A stretch of 64,000 nt of DNA from assembly GCF_006345805.1 (NCBI RefSeq), contig NC_043004.1, forward strand, positions 52,390,001 through 52,454,000, read 5' to 3'. How positions within the stretch are numbered: position 1 is the stretch's first letter; the number at the start of each line of letters is the position of its first letter. The position numbers were made by a program, and so were the translations under genes. The DNA is from Octopus sinensis (Eukaryota). The notes below the pieces were generated by a model. It was not told the origin of the DNA. It saw nothing but the letters and a program-made list of their open reading frames with translations, and did no database searches. This document shows, in pieces, positions 1 to 12,098 of the stretch.

Positions 1-143
1 ATAAGTCATATATATCGAGACCCGCTCCTCGAAATTAGGTACCTAAGCCTGGTTTAAAGCCTTCTAATAGAGTCATCTGATTCCTGTCCTTCCACGATAG
101 AAAAGTGATTGTTTTTTATGCTATTACACAACCAGTAACGGTG

Positions 144-531
144 CACGTGGAGGCGCAATGGCCCAGTGGTTAGGGCAGCGGACTCGCGGTCGTAGGATCG
201 CGGTTTCGATTCCCAGACCGGGCATTGTGAGTGTTTATTGAGCGAAAACACCTAAAGCTTCACGAGGCTCCTGCAGGGGGTGGTGGTGAACCCTGCTGTA
301 CTCTTTCACCGCAACTTTCTCTCACTCTTTCTTCCTGTTTCTGTTGTACCTGTATTTCAAAGGGCGAGCCTTGTCATACTCTGTGTCACGCTGAATATCC
401 CCGAGAACTACGTTAAGGGTACACGTGTCTGTGGAGTGCTCAGCCACTTGCACGTTAATTCCACGAGTAAGCTGTTCCGTTGATCGTATCAGCTGGGACC
501 CTCATCGTCGTAACCGACGGAGTGCTCCTGC
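144..531 (+). mobile_element. tRNA-derived SINE (family A)
   Basis: tRNA-like head GGAGGCGCAATGGCCCAGTGGTTAGGGCAGCGG...GGTTTCGATTCCC with A/B boxes; flanked by TAACGGTG duplication (136-143 and 532-539); same head at 49215 (+) and about 36905-37055 (-). Confidence 0.85.
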
Positions 532-559
532 TAACGGTGACAGAAACATTAAGTATTTC

Positions 560-1025
560 AGAATATATGATTCCTTTCTTCAGCAGATCCACTAAATATC
601 TTATTTTACTTTATTTTATAAGATATACCGAGATACTGAAATGTGGAAATTACTTTTAGACGACAGATTAAATAAATGTTGATTATCTCCTATCAGCTTT
701 AATGTAGACTTGAACTGTTCTCTTGATATTTAATATTATTTTTCCAATGTCGTCTTAATTCAGCTTTGACGTTAGACTTGTCGACTATAATGGCGGCAAG
801 AGACTGGCTTTCATTTGATACAATAAATGAGAAAATAGATAAAAACTCCAATGAAGGATATCATATACACATGGTGTGTTGTATTAAATCGTTCTATATT
901 GGAAACAAGAAAGATAGGATATTTGATACAGGGGAATCTGAATGGTTTGTATCGTGTTATTATTGTTTGTATCGATCATGCTGAGCGGACAGTGAGGCAG
1001 ATATGTGTATATTTTTAGATATCGA
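560..1025. repeat. Diverged ~450-bp segment present three times (also about 3510-3980 and 13590-13960)
   Basis: Co-linear shared blocks AAATTACTTTTA, TTGATTATCTCC, TCGACTRTAATGGCGGCA, TTCATTTG, ATGAAGGATATCAT. Confidence 0.7.
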
Positions 1026-1469
1026 GCAAAACTACTTTATGCGATACAGAACCATCTATACATATTGTGTGGTTAAAAAGTTAGTTTTGAAAACGAGTGG
1101 TTTGTCGTCTTCATTTCGATTACGGGGCACATTGGACAATTGGTTTCTATTATAGTCCGGACCGTCCGATGCTATTGTGAATGACTTTGGTAGGCGGACA
1201 CTATATATGACGCCAGTCAAATATATATATACATACACACATATGTATATACACACACAAACACATACATACATACATACATACATACATACATACACAC
1301 ACACACACGCGCGCACACACATATATGTATGTATGTATAGATAGATAAATAGACAGAGAGAGATAGAAACGCGCACGCATACCAATGCAATTAGTATAAC
1401 TTAACATGAAATATATATATATATATATAAATTTATATATGTATACGTACATATATACATATGTGTGTG

Positions 1470-1541
<72 letters not shown>

Positions 1542-1544
1542 ATT

Positions 1545-1735
1545 ATAACATATAAATGCCAACCAAGTACTTCGTCCTGTACAGGACAGTGCTACTAACG
1601 TTTACAGCCCCCGGAAGGCATCACTGGCTAACGACACGTTTTCTCTCTCCGCTTACTCATCCTCAGCATGTGTTGATCACCAGCTGGTGATGAAAACTCA
1701 CTCCACTCACAAAATACCGAATACTTTTCCAGCTG
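1545..1735. repeat. Local diverged duplicate of about 2027-2300
   Basis: Shared TAACATATAAWTGCCAACCAAGT, GTGCTACTRACGTTTA, CTGGCTAACGA, CCTCAGCRTGTGTT, GTGATGAWAACTCA. Confidence 0.7.
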
Positions 1736-1770
1736 ATCTCGAAAAAGGAGAAATAAACTATATTAAATCT

Positions 1771-1979
1771 GGCAGAAACGTTAGCACGACGGGCGAAATA
1801 CGTAGCCGTATTTCGTCTGCCGTAACGTTCTGGGTTCAAATTCCGCCGAGGTCGACTTTGGCTTTCATCCTTTCGGGGTCGATAAATTAAGTACCAGTTA
1901 CGCACTGGGATCAATGTAATCGACTTAATCAGTTTCTCTGTCCGTCTGTGTTTAGCCCCTTGTGGGTAGTAAAGAAATA
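1771..1979 (+). mobile_element. SINE family B (central CTTTCATCCTTTCGGGGTCGATAAATTAAGTACCAG domain)
   Basis: B-box GGTTCAAATTCC; 12-bp TSD TATATTAAATCT (1759-1770, 1980-1991); more than 10 related copies in the window. Confidence 0.85.
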
Positions 1980-3272
1980 TATATTAAATCTCTGAGCGCA
2001 GATATAAACAGCACCAATATGGAATCGTAACATATAATTGCCAACCAAGTGTGGTGGCCTCTACTGGACTGTGCTACTGACGTTTATAGACCCAGGAAGA
2101 CATCTCTTCCAGCTGGCTAACGAGAAACATTGTGTGTCCGATTAGTATTTGGAATGAGATGTCATCCGCCTCCCCCACGTCTCTCGCCTTACATGATACA
2201 CACGGACACAAGTTTCTGGATGGTTACCTGTCCTCAGCGTGTGTTAATCACTAGCTAGTGATGATAACTCATTTCACTCGCAAAATACTATATCCTTTTT
2301 TACAGCGACAAACTGTCACTGAGGTTGAAGAAGGAGAATGTGTGTTATTAGCCAGCTGAGGCTTTGGTTGGCAATTATATATTACGATTCCGTAATGCTA
2401 CTGTTAATATCTCGCTCAGAGATTTAATAAACTTATTTCTCCTTTATGTATGTATGTATGTATGTATGTATGCATGTATGTATATGGACGACACTACTAC
2501 GATTATCTTTTTCCTCTTCATTTTCGCCCGCCTTTATCTTGCATACTGTTGTCCGCTGTAGTCTTCCTAAAAGATGCAAAATATTTGAAGAGGCGCCCCA
2601 CCCCCATCCACAGAGACCAATCACGAAAATAACAGATGACGTGGCTGGAGTTGATAATTGGGATTTTCTCATAGACTAAAACTTTATTCTTTCCAACGTC
2701 GTCGCTAGGGCTATATTATATGTGTGATGGCTAAAATATCCCGGTAGCATTGCCCAAATGATGTTGACATAAACTTTATAGTTCATCCAAGACTTGGTCC
2801 CCATGCTATCCATTCTTTCGACAATTTACGTTCTCATAACATCACAACACTGGCAAAGAACTATTTCACCTCAACCGGCTCTGCTCTCTTGAACATCATA
2901 CCGAGGCACATAAGAGATGAAATTGATCTCATTACGTTCAAACTGTTTCCGAACTAATATCTAAAGCAAAATCTAAACAAACTACCTACCACCAGCAATA
3001 TCTAAAATTTTAGAATCTGCTCGAATTATCACTCTTCGATATTTCCTACAGGTGAACGCTAAAGAGGCAGAAACGTGTCTGAGAGTCTGATGACGGGCTG
3101 GAGGCTACTAAACAACTGTAGATTTTCTACACATTTTACCAGAACTGAGAAGTTTTTCTCCACATCAACTGCAGCGAATTAGCTTTTAGAAGCTGAGATG
3201 TTTCACATACATATTTTAACTAACCTACAATTCATTTCATCCATATCACTGCTTAATACACACACACACACC

Positions 3273-3309
<37 letters not shown>

Positions 3310-4034
3310 CACACATATGCATACACACATATAGACACACAGACACATACACACACGCATATATATGTATACATATTACTTATGCATACATAATATTTAT
3401 ATGTATATATAATGCGATATATATATATATATATATATATGTCTATATCATGTATGTGTACACAAGCTCACTCGCAAAGACATTTAGAAATAGAGTTTAA
3501 TAACAGTTATTTATAAAACCCGATATTTGCTTTAACAAAATCTCGCCACCTTTTTAATTATTATCTGTTTGAGATTCCATAATGCCAAAATTACTTTTAG
3601 TCGACATTTTAAAAGTACTTTCAGTATTTCCTGCTATTCTAATGTGGAGTGAGGTTGATCTCTTAAGAACCGCTTTCCTTTCCGTATTTTACGATTGTGG
3701 TATTTCAAATTCTGCCTTAGACATTTCGACTGTAATGGCGGCATGTAGCTTAGATTCATTTGGTAGAGAAAAGAGAAAATAGATAAAAAAAATTTTGATG
3801 AAGGATATCATGTAGTCATGCTGTGTTGTGTTACATCGTTCTTTATTGGAAAAGAGAATTCTAGGAAGATATTTGATATAGAAGAAGGAAAATTGTTTAA
3901 AGCGCTTTATTGTTACTTCTCTCAATTGATTAGCATAGGCAACAACGCTGGTTATTTCTGCATCTTTCTAGATATCAAATTATCTAGCTATATACACACA
4001 CATGCGCACTCTGAAACTCGTATGGTAACCGTAA

Positions 4035-4110
<76 letters not shown>

Positions 4111-4112
<2 letters not shown>

Positions 4113-6598
4113 GCTGAAGAAAGTTCGAAACAAGGGGAATGTAATAGATAACTTTATGCCCATCACTCTGCTTAATGCAGACTTGAAAATTTTGGCCAAG
4201 GTGTTAGCCAAGAGGTTGGCGCTTGTCATCGAGAAACTGGTCGACAAGGCACAAACGTGCGCCGTGCCGGGCCGGAGCATCCATGACAACCTCCACCTAA
4301 TACGCCACATCATAGACATGGTAGTTAAGGAACCTGGAATGGGTGGGGCGCTGATCAATTTGGATCAATCGAAAGCTTTCGATAGGGTAGACCATCGATA
4401 ATTGGAGGCTGTCCTCAGAGCGGCTGGCTTCGGTCTCGTCTTCCGTGGCTGGACAGCCGCTTTGTACAGAGGTATTTGTTCGGAAATTCGCGTAAATGGA
4501 CATCTATCGAGACCGTTCGACATCGCACGTTCGGTCCGTCAGGGATGCCCCCTCTCGTCGCTTCTATACGTATTGACTCTCGAGCCATTATTGCGGAAGC
4601 TGGCAACTCTGAGGGACATCCCGCGAGAACTGGGATGCGGGACGAGCGTGTCTGCTTACGCGGACGACGTCACCGTCATAGTGTCTAGCCACGAGCCCAT
4701 GGAGCAGGTCGGCGAGACACTGAAAAACTACAAAGCGGTGACAGGAGCGAAAATAAACCGGGAAAAATCAGTGGGCTTGCGACTCGGCACCTGGAGAAGC
4801 AAGCCCATGCCGTCCATCAGCGCCTCCGTCGTGGGACGCTGGATCGACGGTCCAGTCGAGTTGCTCGGGGTCTGGTTTGTTCAGGACCTCCAAATGGAGA
4901 AGAACTGGAACGAGATAACAAGTAGGGTGGTCACTCTCACCCGGCAATGGACCGAGAGGAAACTGTCCCTAAAAGGTCGGGATGAGCTGGCGAACTCGTA
5001 CATCGCGTCCATCATCTACTAACGCCTGGCCGTCGTGCCTTGTCCCGATCCTACCATCACCAAACTAGAACGCATTCTCTTCCGCTTCTTGTGGAAAGGA
5101 TGCGTCCCGATGGTCAGGCGATCCATTTGCTGTCAACACCCTTTGTAGAGCTTATCTCGAACGGGTAGCGCTTCTCCGTAGCACTGCCAGGCCAGGGATC
5201 TCTGGAAGTTGTCCATGGGCCCTGGCCCGAAAGTCGTCCCGAACAGGCGGGTCAGGTATTCCTCGTCGATGTCCAGGTTCGCCCCGAGCTCGTCGTCGTA
5301 CCCCCCCCCCATTAATCCCCATTAATCCCCTATTAATCCCCATGCCGTGGTTGATGATGCGCAGACAGGTGCTGAGACTACACCTCAGGCTCTATGTAGA
5401 CGACGGTGAACAGGTGTGGTCGCCGTTTGTGAGGCACGCTTTCCCGCAACACGTCTCCATGACCGAACTGCAATCGTGGATCAAAAAGTGGCCGAGGAAG
5501 GGCGAATGGCACCGCGAGTGTCGCGTTGCTCTCAAGCAACTCTGCCGTCCTGGGTCGACCTTGAGTGACTTCAACACAACCCAAGCATTCAATAGGGGAT
5601 TAATGGAGGGGGTACGACGACGAGCTCGTGGCGAACCTGGACGTCGACGAGGAATACCTGACCCGCCTGTTCGGGACGACTTTCGGGCCAGGGCCCATGG
5701 ACAACTTCCAGAGATCCCTGTCCTGGCAGTGCTACGGAGAAGCGCTACCCGTTCGGGATAAGTTCTACAGACACGGCTCGAGAAACACGGGGCCGAGATG
5801 CGGTCAGAGCAACGAAACCGTTCTACACGTACGCATGCAGTGTCCAACAATTTCCGACCTGTGGGCCTATGTCGAACAACTGCTGTCACGTGTGGGACGA
5901 GTCTGTTTATCAGCTGAGTCTATCTTCAATATTGTTACGCCTCCTTCCTTCAAACGGGAAGGAAGAGCTATTTTCATAATCCTTGTGGCTATGGCGAAAG
6001 AATGTATCTGGTGGACGCGTCTGAAAGGATTGGAGACAAACACTTTCCTCTCTGGTCAAACTCTCATCAACTTCTTCAAGTACCACTTGAAAAGGAAAGT
6101 GAGAGTAGAGAGGCAAGTTATGTCTAACGAATGTTTTAAAAAAAGATGGGTGAATGTAGCAAGGATGGCACGTATGAATGACGAAGCCACCTTGAGCATA
6201 ATCCTATGAACCCAGAAATTGGAAACAGAGGGTTACCCACTTGCAAACAAATGTGGTAACATGTAACAATATTGACCGAGGTTACCGTGGTCTTTTCCAT
6301 CGGCTTTTCTTCCCACGGATAAACCTTATCTGCTTCCCCCTTTACACCGTACATCATGACACTGTGATACACGATCACTATTGATCGTTTTTTTTCTTTT
6401 TCTCCTGTTTTCCTTTTTTACTCCTTTTTTACTTTTTGTTTTTTTTGTTTCTTTTCCTTTTTTTCTTTTTTTCCTTTTTTCCCTTCTACGATCCCTTTTG
6501 TTCGAAAACCTAACCCACTTTTTTTTTCCAAATAAAGAAAAGCTCTACTTTGTAATCTGTCCCGTCTGTGTGCAGGCCTGTGTGGCTAATAAAGAAAC
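4111..6598 (+). mobile_element. 5'-truncated Tx1/L1-group non-LTR retrotransposon; disrupted ORF2 (RT + CCHC zinc knuckle) and T-rich 3' UTR
   Basis: RT motifs PITLLNADLKILAK, LDQSKAFDRVDH, SVRQGCPLS, AYADDVT; C-terminal RCGQSNETVLHVRMQC; in-frame stops and frameshifts; ends AATAAAGAAA; GC-rich relative to flanks; flanked by (TATC)n and (TATG)n. Confidence 0.92.
5144..5340 (-). repeat. Inverted duplication of LINE segment about 5591-5768 inserted inside the same LINE
   Basis: Reverse complement matches 5591-5768 with a few substitutions; ORFs 5152..5343(-) and 5342..5761(+) share the same peptide. Confidence 0.92.
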
Positions 6599-6629
<31 letters not shown>

Positions 6630-6655
6630 TGTATGTATGTATGTATGTATGTATG

Positions 6656-6686
<31 letters not shown>

Positions 6687-6785
6687 ATAGTCTATCTATC
6701 TGTCTATCCATCTATCCACCTATCCATCTCTCTCTCTCTCTCTATCTATTTATCTATCTATCTATCTATCTATCTACCTACCTAC

Positions 6786-6844
<59 letters not shown>

Positions 6845-6963
6845 GCTATCTACCTATATATCTATCTATCTATCTAGTCTATCTATCTGTCTATCTATAC
6901 ATCTATCTACCTATGTATGTATTTATGTATGTATGTATGTATGTATGTATGTATGTATCTATG

Positions 6964-7024
<61 letters not shown>

Positions 7025-8432
7025 GTCTGTCTGTATATGTTAGAGTGTTTGCGCGCCTGTGTCTGGGTGTGTTTGTGTGTGTAACTAATAATGATGGAAA
7101 TTTCCTGGGGCAGTAATTTAAGGTTTTCCTTTTTTTTTTAGCTAACTACCTTAACATTCTACTAAAAAATATTCATTGCAACTAATTTGAAAAACAAATT
7201 ATGAAACTATTTGTTTTTAATGATGTAGATACATTCTTGAAATGACCCATGCTGGTAATATATTTTCAGATGTTATTTTCTCTCTATTTATCAGGAGTGT
7301 CATAACCAAAAGCAGCGAAAGCTTTGATCAATTCAAATTATTCCAAATTCAAGCTTTGTGAAGCAAGATATTTCCCACGGCAGCAGTCTGTCAATATATT
7401 CTCATTATAATTAAACAGAATCCATGTATTTTGAACTAATAAAGCATTTATCTGTAGACTTTTTGATAAAGATGATGTTAACTCTAAAACTATTTTTTTA
7501 AATAAATCCATGGCTAGAAATATCTGCACCTTCGACCAAAAGAGACTCAAAAATAATGATTTAACCAACTCTAGGCTATTTTTCTTTCACTTCTTGTCAG
7601 GATGGAAGGCAATGTTCTTCATCTTTGCAGTACATATCAGTTTAGCAGGAGGGAGGGCGGAGGAGACACCTTCAATGTATTAGATAAACCAAGATTACAA
7701 TAAAGTGGATTGCACTGAATGCACCCAATTTGACAGGTGTTAAATAGAATAATGTATTACGGCTGCCACGCACGAGTGCTATGATGGGATTTGAAGTTAG
7801 TATATTCAGGGCTACAATATTACTTAAAGCACTCCAGTCAACAATTCTGGCACACCATTTGCACTGAAATGGTTAAGAATCCCGAAAGAATTAAACGCAT
7901 ATTTGATTAGTAAGCAGGTTTTGAAATCACAGATCAGTGAATCGTAAGAAATTCTCTTCCAGTAATTCTCATCATTAACAAAACCCACATTTTTCTCTTG
8001 AGGGCAAATGATATCGTAAAAAAACAAAACAAGAAATAAATTCAACTCATGAGTTGAATATATCAGGACTTATGACTTACTGTTTTCTGGATACAATTTC
8101 CTACATTAGTATAAAGTAACATCTCATAAAAGTTTCTTACCAATAAGAACATAGAGAAATAAAACTGCGGAGAACAAATTGCAGCGTATAATAGTTTGAG
8201 CGGGTCTTTAATTTTTTTTAAATGTAGTACCATCAAAGAGAAAGCTGTTTGTATGTATGTATGTATGTATGTATGTATGTATGTATGTATGTATGTATGT
8301 ATGTATGTATGTATGTATGTATCTATGTATGTATTAGTCTGTCTCTGTCTCGGTTTATCTGTCTATGATTCTCTCCATCTCCATCTCTCTCTCTCTCTCT
8401 CTCACTCTCTCATTCTCTCTCTAACTGTGAAC

Positions 8433-8494
<62 letters not shown>

Positions 8495-8500
<6 letters not shown>

Positions 8501-8909
8501 GGGCTCCTAAATAAGGATGCCAAGTGCTAGGGACACAAAAAAGGGATAAATTTATCGAGAGTGAAAATCAAAAACATTTACCGATAACGATACATGGATT
8601 TATTCGTAAAATTTCTTCCCGGCATGCCCTATATCGCCGGGTAGGTTTTGCGTCTGCACAGAGATTTGAAAAGTTAAGATCTGCAAGTTGTTTAGATCAA
8701 CGCATGGTCTAACGCGCTGCGCATCTCGTCCTAACTGAGGCGTCTCGCTGATGAAACCAGCCTTAGGAAACATATTCTGTCTGTTTTGCTAGAAAGAGGT
8801 AGAAACTGATATCAGTCCGGGATGTAACGTTATCGGTAAATGTTTTTGATTTTCACTCTCGATAAATTTATCCCTTTTTTGTGTCCCTAGCACTTGGCAT
8901 CCTTATTTA
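8495..8909. mobile_element. Fold-back Penelope-type non-autonomous element in (TA)n, with 88-bp inverted arms and a hammerhead
   Basis: Arms 8508-8595 and 8822-8909 nearly perfect inverted repeats; (TA)n on both sides; internal hammerhead motif. Confidence 0.8.
8741..8824 (+). ncRNA. Type I hammerhead ribozyme motif (C3:G8, GUC site)
   Basis: Stem I CGTCTCG/CGGGATG; CTGATGA 8748-8754; stem II base ACC..GGT; GAAA 8802-8805; palindromic stem III ACTGATATCAGT; GTC 8815-8817. Confidence 0.8.
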
Positions 8910-8916
8910 TATATAT

Positions 8917-8986
<70 letters not shown>

Positions 8987-9148
8987 GATAAGAAAGTTGG
9001 TTTGTGAAAGGACGAGGTTGAATATATAGAAAATAGTAAAAAGTGAAAAAACTACAGAAGACTTGTTTTAAAAGGTTAAAGAATATATATTTAAGTCAAT
9101 ATGTCTGAAGAATATTATAAACTTTTTTCTTACAATGACATAGTTTAG

Positions 9149-9187
9149 AAGAAAGACCGGTTTCGCGTTTAGCTTTTCAAATTTCTT
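9149..9187 (-). ncRNA. Minimal hammerhead motif, U3:A8 variant, in Penelope 3' tail
   Basis: Minus strand AAGAAAT-TTGAAAA-GC TAAAC GC-GAAA-CCGG-TC-TTTCTT; one-base offset in stem I; homologous degenerate copy at 35400-35437. Confidence 0.65.
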
Positions 9188-9295
9188 ACGTCGTTATGTT
9201 TATGTTGAGTAGAGTTATCGTTATGTTTATGTTGAAAAAGTTCTAAATAAGGGGAGGTAATAAGTGATTTCTTCCGATGTAAGGGAGATAATCGC

Positions 9296-10336
9296 TTAAA
9301 ATTCTTTTCCTTTCCTTTGGGGTGAATTTCTCTGTATAACTATGTTGGAATGGTTAAGTCTGGGCTTGTACTTTTCAATGAAGAATGTTTCCTTGTTTAG
9401 TCTAGTTTGTGTTGATGATCCGATAGCACATTGGTAAAATGGAAAGATTAAAAATAGTGGTAGTATTTGCTTTGCGCATTTCTCAATGTGCTCACTAAAA
9501 GGTATCATTCTGTATTCTGGGAATGCAATCTGTTGTCGATGCAGTATGCATCTACGTCTGAGTGATAGTCCCATGGATCCCACGTAGTCTTGGTGGCAGC
9601 CCCAGCATTTTATGACATAAATTATGTTTTCAGAGGCACAAGGAAAATTAGATTTGATCTTGAATTTCTGTCCCTCTTTGAAGAGGAATTCTGATCCTTC
9701 TAGCAGGTTTGGACATGTTGCACAGTTCGGTCTACCACATTTCTTTACTTTTGCATCCGTAATTTCAGAAAACAATTTTGCCTTTGTGAGAATCTTTTTA
9801 AGTGATTTAGGTTGTTTGTAGCTTTTAATGATTTGGTGAATGTTTAGAATTTCCTTTAATTTGGGGTCCTTATGAAGTATTGGTAAATTCTGGGTGATGA
9901 TGGTGAAGGCTTCTTTGTTTCTGGGGTTGTATGTAGATATGTAAGGTAGTATTTTCGGAGAAGGTGTGTTGTTGTGTTGAACTTTTCTTAAAGTTTCTAT
10001 GTTGATTTCTGTTGCACGTCTGATCCCATCCTCTATGAGTTGAGCTGGGTAATGTCTGTCAATTAGGGTGTTTTTGAGTTCTTGCAGTCTAAAGTTCTTG
10101 GTATTTTGTTCTGACACTATTGTGCATATCCTTCTTGCAAGGTTGAAGGGGATGTTTGTTTTAGTGTGTTTTGGGTGGCATGAATTAAAAAGAAGGTATT
10201 GTTTGGCGTCTGTGGCTTTATAAAAAATGTCTGTTTCTATTTTAAGGTTAATTTTTTTAATTAGTATATCCAAGATTGGGAGCTCCTTTTGGTTGTATTC
10301 CATTGTGAACTGTATATTTGGGTTTATGCTGTTCAA
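9296..10336 (-). CDS. Penelope-like RT thumb plus GIY-YIG endonuclease (partial ORF, Neptune-like CxxC)
   Basis: 346-aa ORF with PLE RT C-terminal motifs, Cys-rich linker and IIY...YVG GIY-YIG motif. Confidence 0.88.
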   Translation of the reverse strand: MNSINPNIQFTMEYNQKELPILDILIKKINLKIETDIFYKATDAKQYLLFNSCHPKHTKTNIPFNLARRICTIVSEQNTKNFRLQELKNTLIDRHYPAQLIEDGIRRATEINIETLRKVQHNNTPSPKILPYISTYNPRNKEAFTIITQNLPILHKDPKLKEILNIHQIIKSYKQPKSLKKILTKAKLFSEITDAKVKKCGRPNCATCPNLLEGSEFLFKEGQKFKIKSNFPCASENIIYVIKCWGCHQDYVGSMGLSLRRRCILHRQQIAFPEYRMIPFSEHIEKCAKQILPLFLIFPFYQCAIGSSTQTRLNKETFFIEKYKPRLNHSNIVIQRNSPQRKGKEF

Positions 10337-10704
10337 TAGGTTTTTAAATTTTAGGAGTTTATCTGTGTTTTCATTCCAGAGTATAAAACAATCGTCCAGG
10401 AATCGTTTCCAATTCTCTTTTATGTATTGAGAGAGGGGGTTTCCAAAGATTGATAAAGATTCCTGGTAAATGATTATTTCCAGGTAGCCCTTGTTAGGTT
10501 CGCAATGACTGGTGCTGCCCTTGTACCCATAGCAATTCCGGAAAAAAACTTATTAATTACATAAACAAAATGTAATAAAGTGTAACGAAAGAACTCTGGC
10601 CGAAATATCATCAATATGAAATTAAGCTGAAGTAAGTGAACACCGAATAATAGTGCGTGTGTTTCCACTGGCTAAATTGACAACGTGACCTTCTCAAATA
10701 CAAC

Positions 10705-10743
<39 letters not shown>

Positions 10744-10880
10744 TATATATTATATTGTGGGTACTACTATTCATAGATACCAACACGCTAAGAGGGACCA
10801 ATGCGGTCAAAACTACTAAAAATAAACAAAATTTTACCGAATGCAAAACTTCAAAACACATCATTTTAAAAAAGAATTCA

Positions 10881-10944
10881 GTTACATATCACATGTGATT
10901 TCGCATTTAATGCAGAATATGCATTTCATGTTCATCAGTGCAAC
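10881..10944 (-). ncRNA. Second copy of the 11414 hammerhead motif (a damaged third copy lies at 11321-11385, minus)
   Basis: Reverse complement of 11414-11477. Confidence 0.75.
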
Positions 10945-11413
10945 AAATATATTTCTTATATTTCTTGAGATTGTTGTGGTGTATTTCTTTAGTGGTGGAT
11001 TCCCTTTGCGGATCTATTTCTAGCGTTAGAGTGACCACATGTGGTCTCTCCCTCTTATTACCTATATATATATATATATATTAACAATTGAGGATAAAAT
11101 CTTTAAAAGAAATTATCAGTAGTCAGCGTGAAAAACCTCGTAAGAGAAAAAATCCGTAAATTCTTCCTCTTTGAAAATATTCATATATATTATATTGAGG
11201 GTACTACTATTCATAGATACCAACACGCTAAGAGGGACCAATGCGGTCAAAACTACTAAAAATAAACAAAATTTTACCGAATGCAAAACTTCAAAACACA
11301 TCATTTTAAAAAAGAATTCAGTTACATATCACAGGGGTTTTTTTGCATTAATGCAGAATATGCATTTCATGTTCATCAGTGCAACAAACTCAAGAAATAT
11401 AAGAAATATATTT

Positions 11414-11477
11414 GTTGCACTGATGAACATGAAATGCATATTCTGCATTAAATGCGAAATCACATGTGATATGTAAC
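11414..11477 (+). ncRNA. Type I hammerhead ribozyme motif (C3:G8, AUA site)
   Basis: Stem I GTTGCA/TGTAAC; CTGATGA 11420-11426; stem II CAT..ATG; GAAA 11456-11459; palindromic stem III ATCACATGTGAT. Confidence 0.78.
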
Positions 11478-11711
11478 TGAATTCTTTTTTTTTTGATGTG
11501 TTTTGAAGTTTTGCATTCGGTAAAATTTTGTTTATTTTTAGTAGTTTTGACCGCATTGGTCCTCTTAGCGTGTTGGTATCTATGAATAGTAGTACCCTCA
11601 ATATAATATATATGAATATTTTCAAAGAGGAAGAATTTACGGATTTTTTCTCTTACGAGGTTTTTCACGCTGACTACTGATAATTTCTTTTAAAGATTTT
11701 ATCCTCAATTG

Positions 11712-11771
<60 letters not shown>

Positions 11772-11772
<1 letters not shown>

Positions 11773-12098
11773 GGTAATAAGAGGGAGAGACCACATGTGG
11801 TCACTCTAACGCTAGAAATAGATCCGCAAAGGGAATCCACCACTAAAGAATTGTTCTCAAGTATTAATTCAACCGCTTACATTCTTGGCGTGTTGAATTA
11901 ATACTTGAGAACAATTATTTAGTGGTGGATTCCCTTTCCGGATCTATTTCTTGCGTTAGAGTGACCACATGTGGTCTCTCTCTTATTACATGTATTAATA
12001 ATTTTTACTGTATCTTAGTTTTTTTACGCTAGGCCACTTGGTGTTTTAAATTGATGTTATTAATTAATATTCAATTTTTTCACCCTTATTGTGATTTT
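11772..12098 (+). mobile_element. Fold-back element in (TA)n, probable Penelope-type terminal-repeat fragment
   Basis: Hairpin 11775-11873 / 11892-11989; tail related to 56060-56280 and 56833-57023. Confidence 0.6.

Larger units (their letters stand above)
8990..10540 (-). mobile_element. Penelope-like element, 5'-truncated (RT core to GIY-YIG endonuclease, plus 3' tail)
   Basis: GIAMGTRAAPVIANL (RT motif B), WKRFLDDCFILW, IQFTME, CHPKHTK, CGRPNCATC, NIIYVIKCWGCHQDYVG; abuts (TA)n. Confidence 0.92.
10760..11850. repeat. Large palindrome (arms about 10985-11388 and 11411-11850) plus a tandem extra copy (10760-10969) of a hammerhead-bearing repeat
   Basis: Near-identical inverted arms spanning a (TA)n tract and two different repeat families. 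Confidence 0.9.

Noticed and set aside
149-225. tRNA gene
   Set aside because: It is the head of a multi-copy SINE with body and TSD
3078-3126. Hammerhead-like CTGATGA..TAAACAACTGTA
   Set aside because: GAAA mutated and stem I register poor; at most a decayed copy
7338-7568. Possible hAT transposase remnant (LELTSSLSKSLQ)
   Set aside because: Single weak motif, no termini seen
8508-8909. Interpretation of the fold-backs as DNA-transposon MITEs
   Set aside because: Arms are asymmetric (one has an extra tail), centres are scarred, and they contain hammerheads, which fits PLE-type inversion better
10760-11850. CRISPR-like or prokaryotic repeat array
   Set aside because: Eukaryotic context; repeats are long and inverted, without a repeat-spacer pattern
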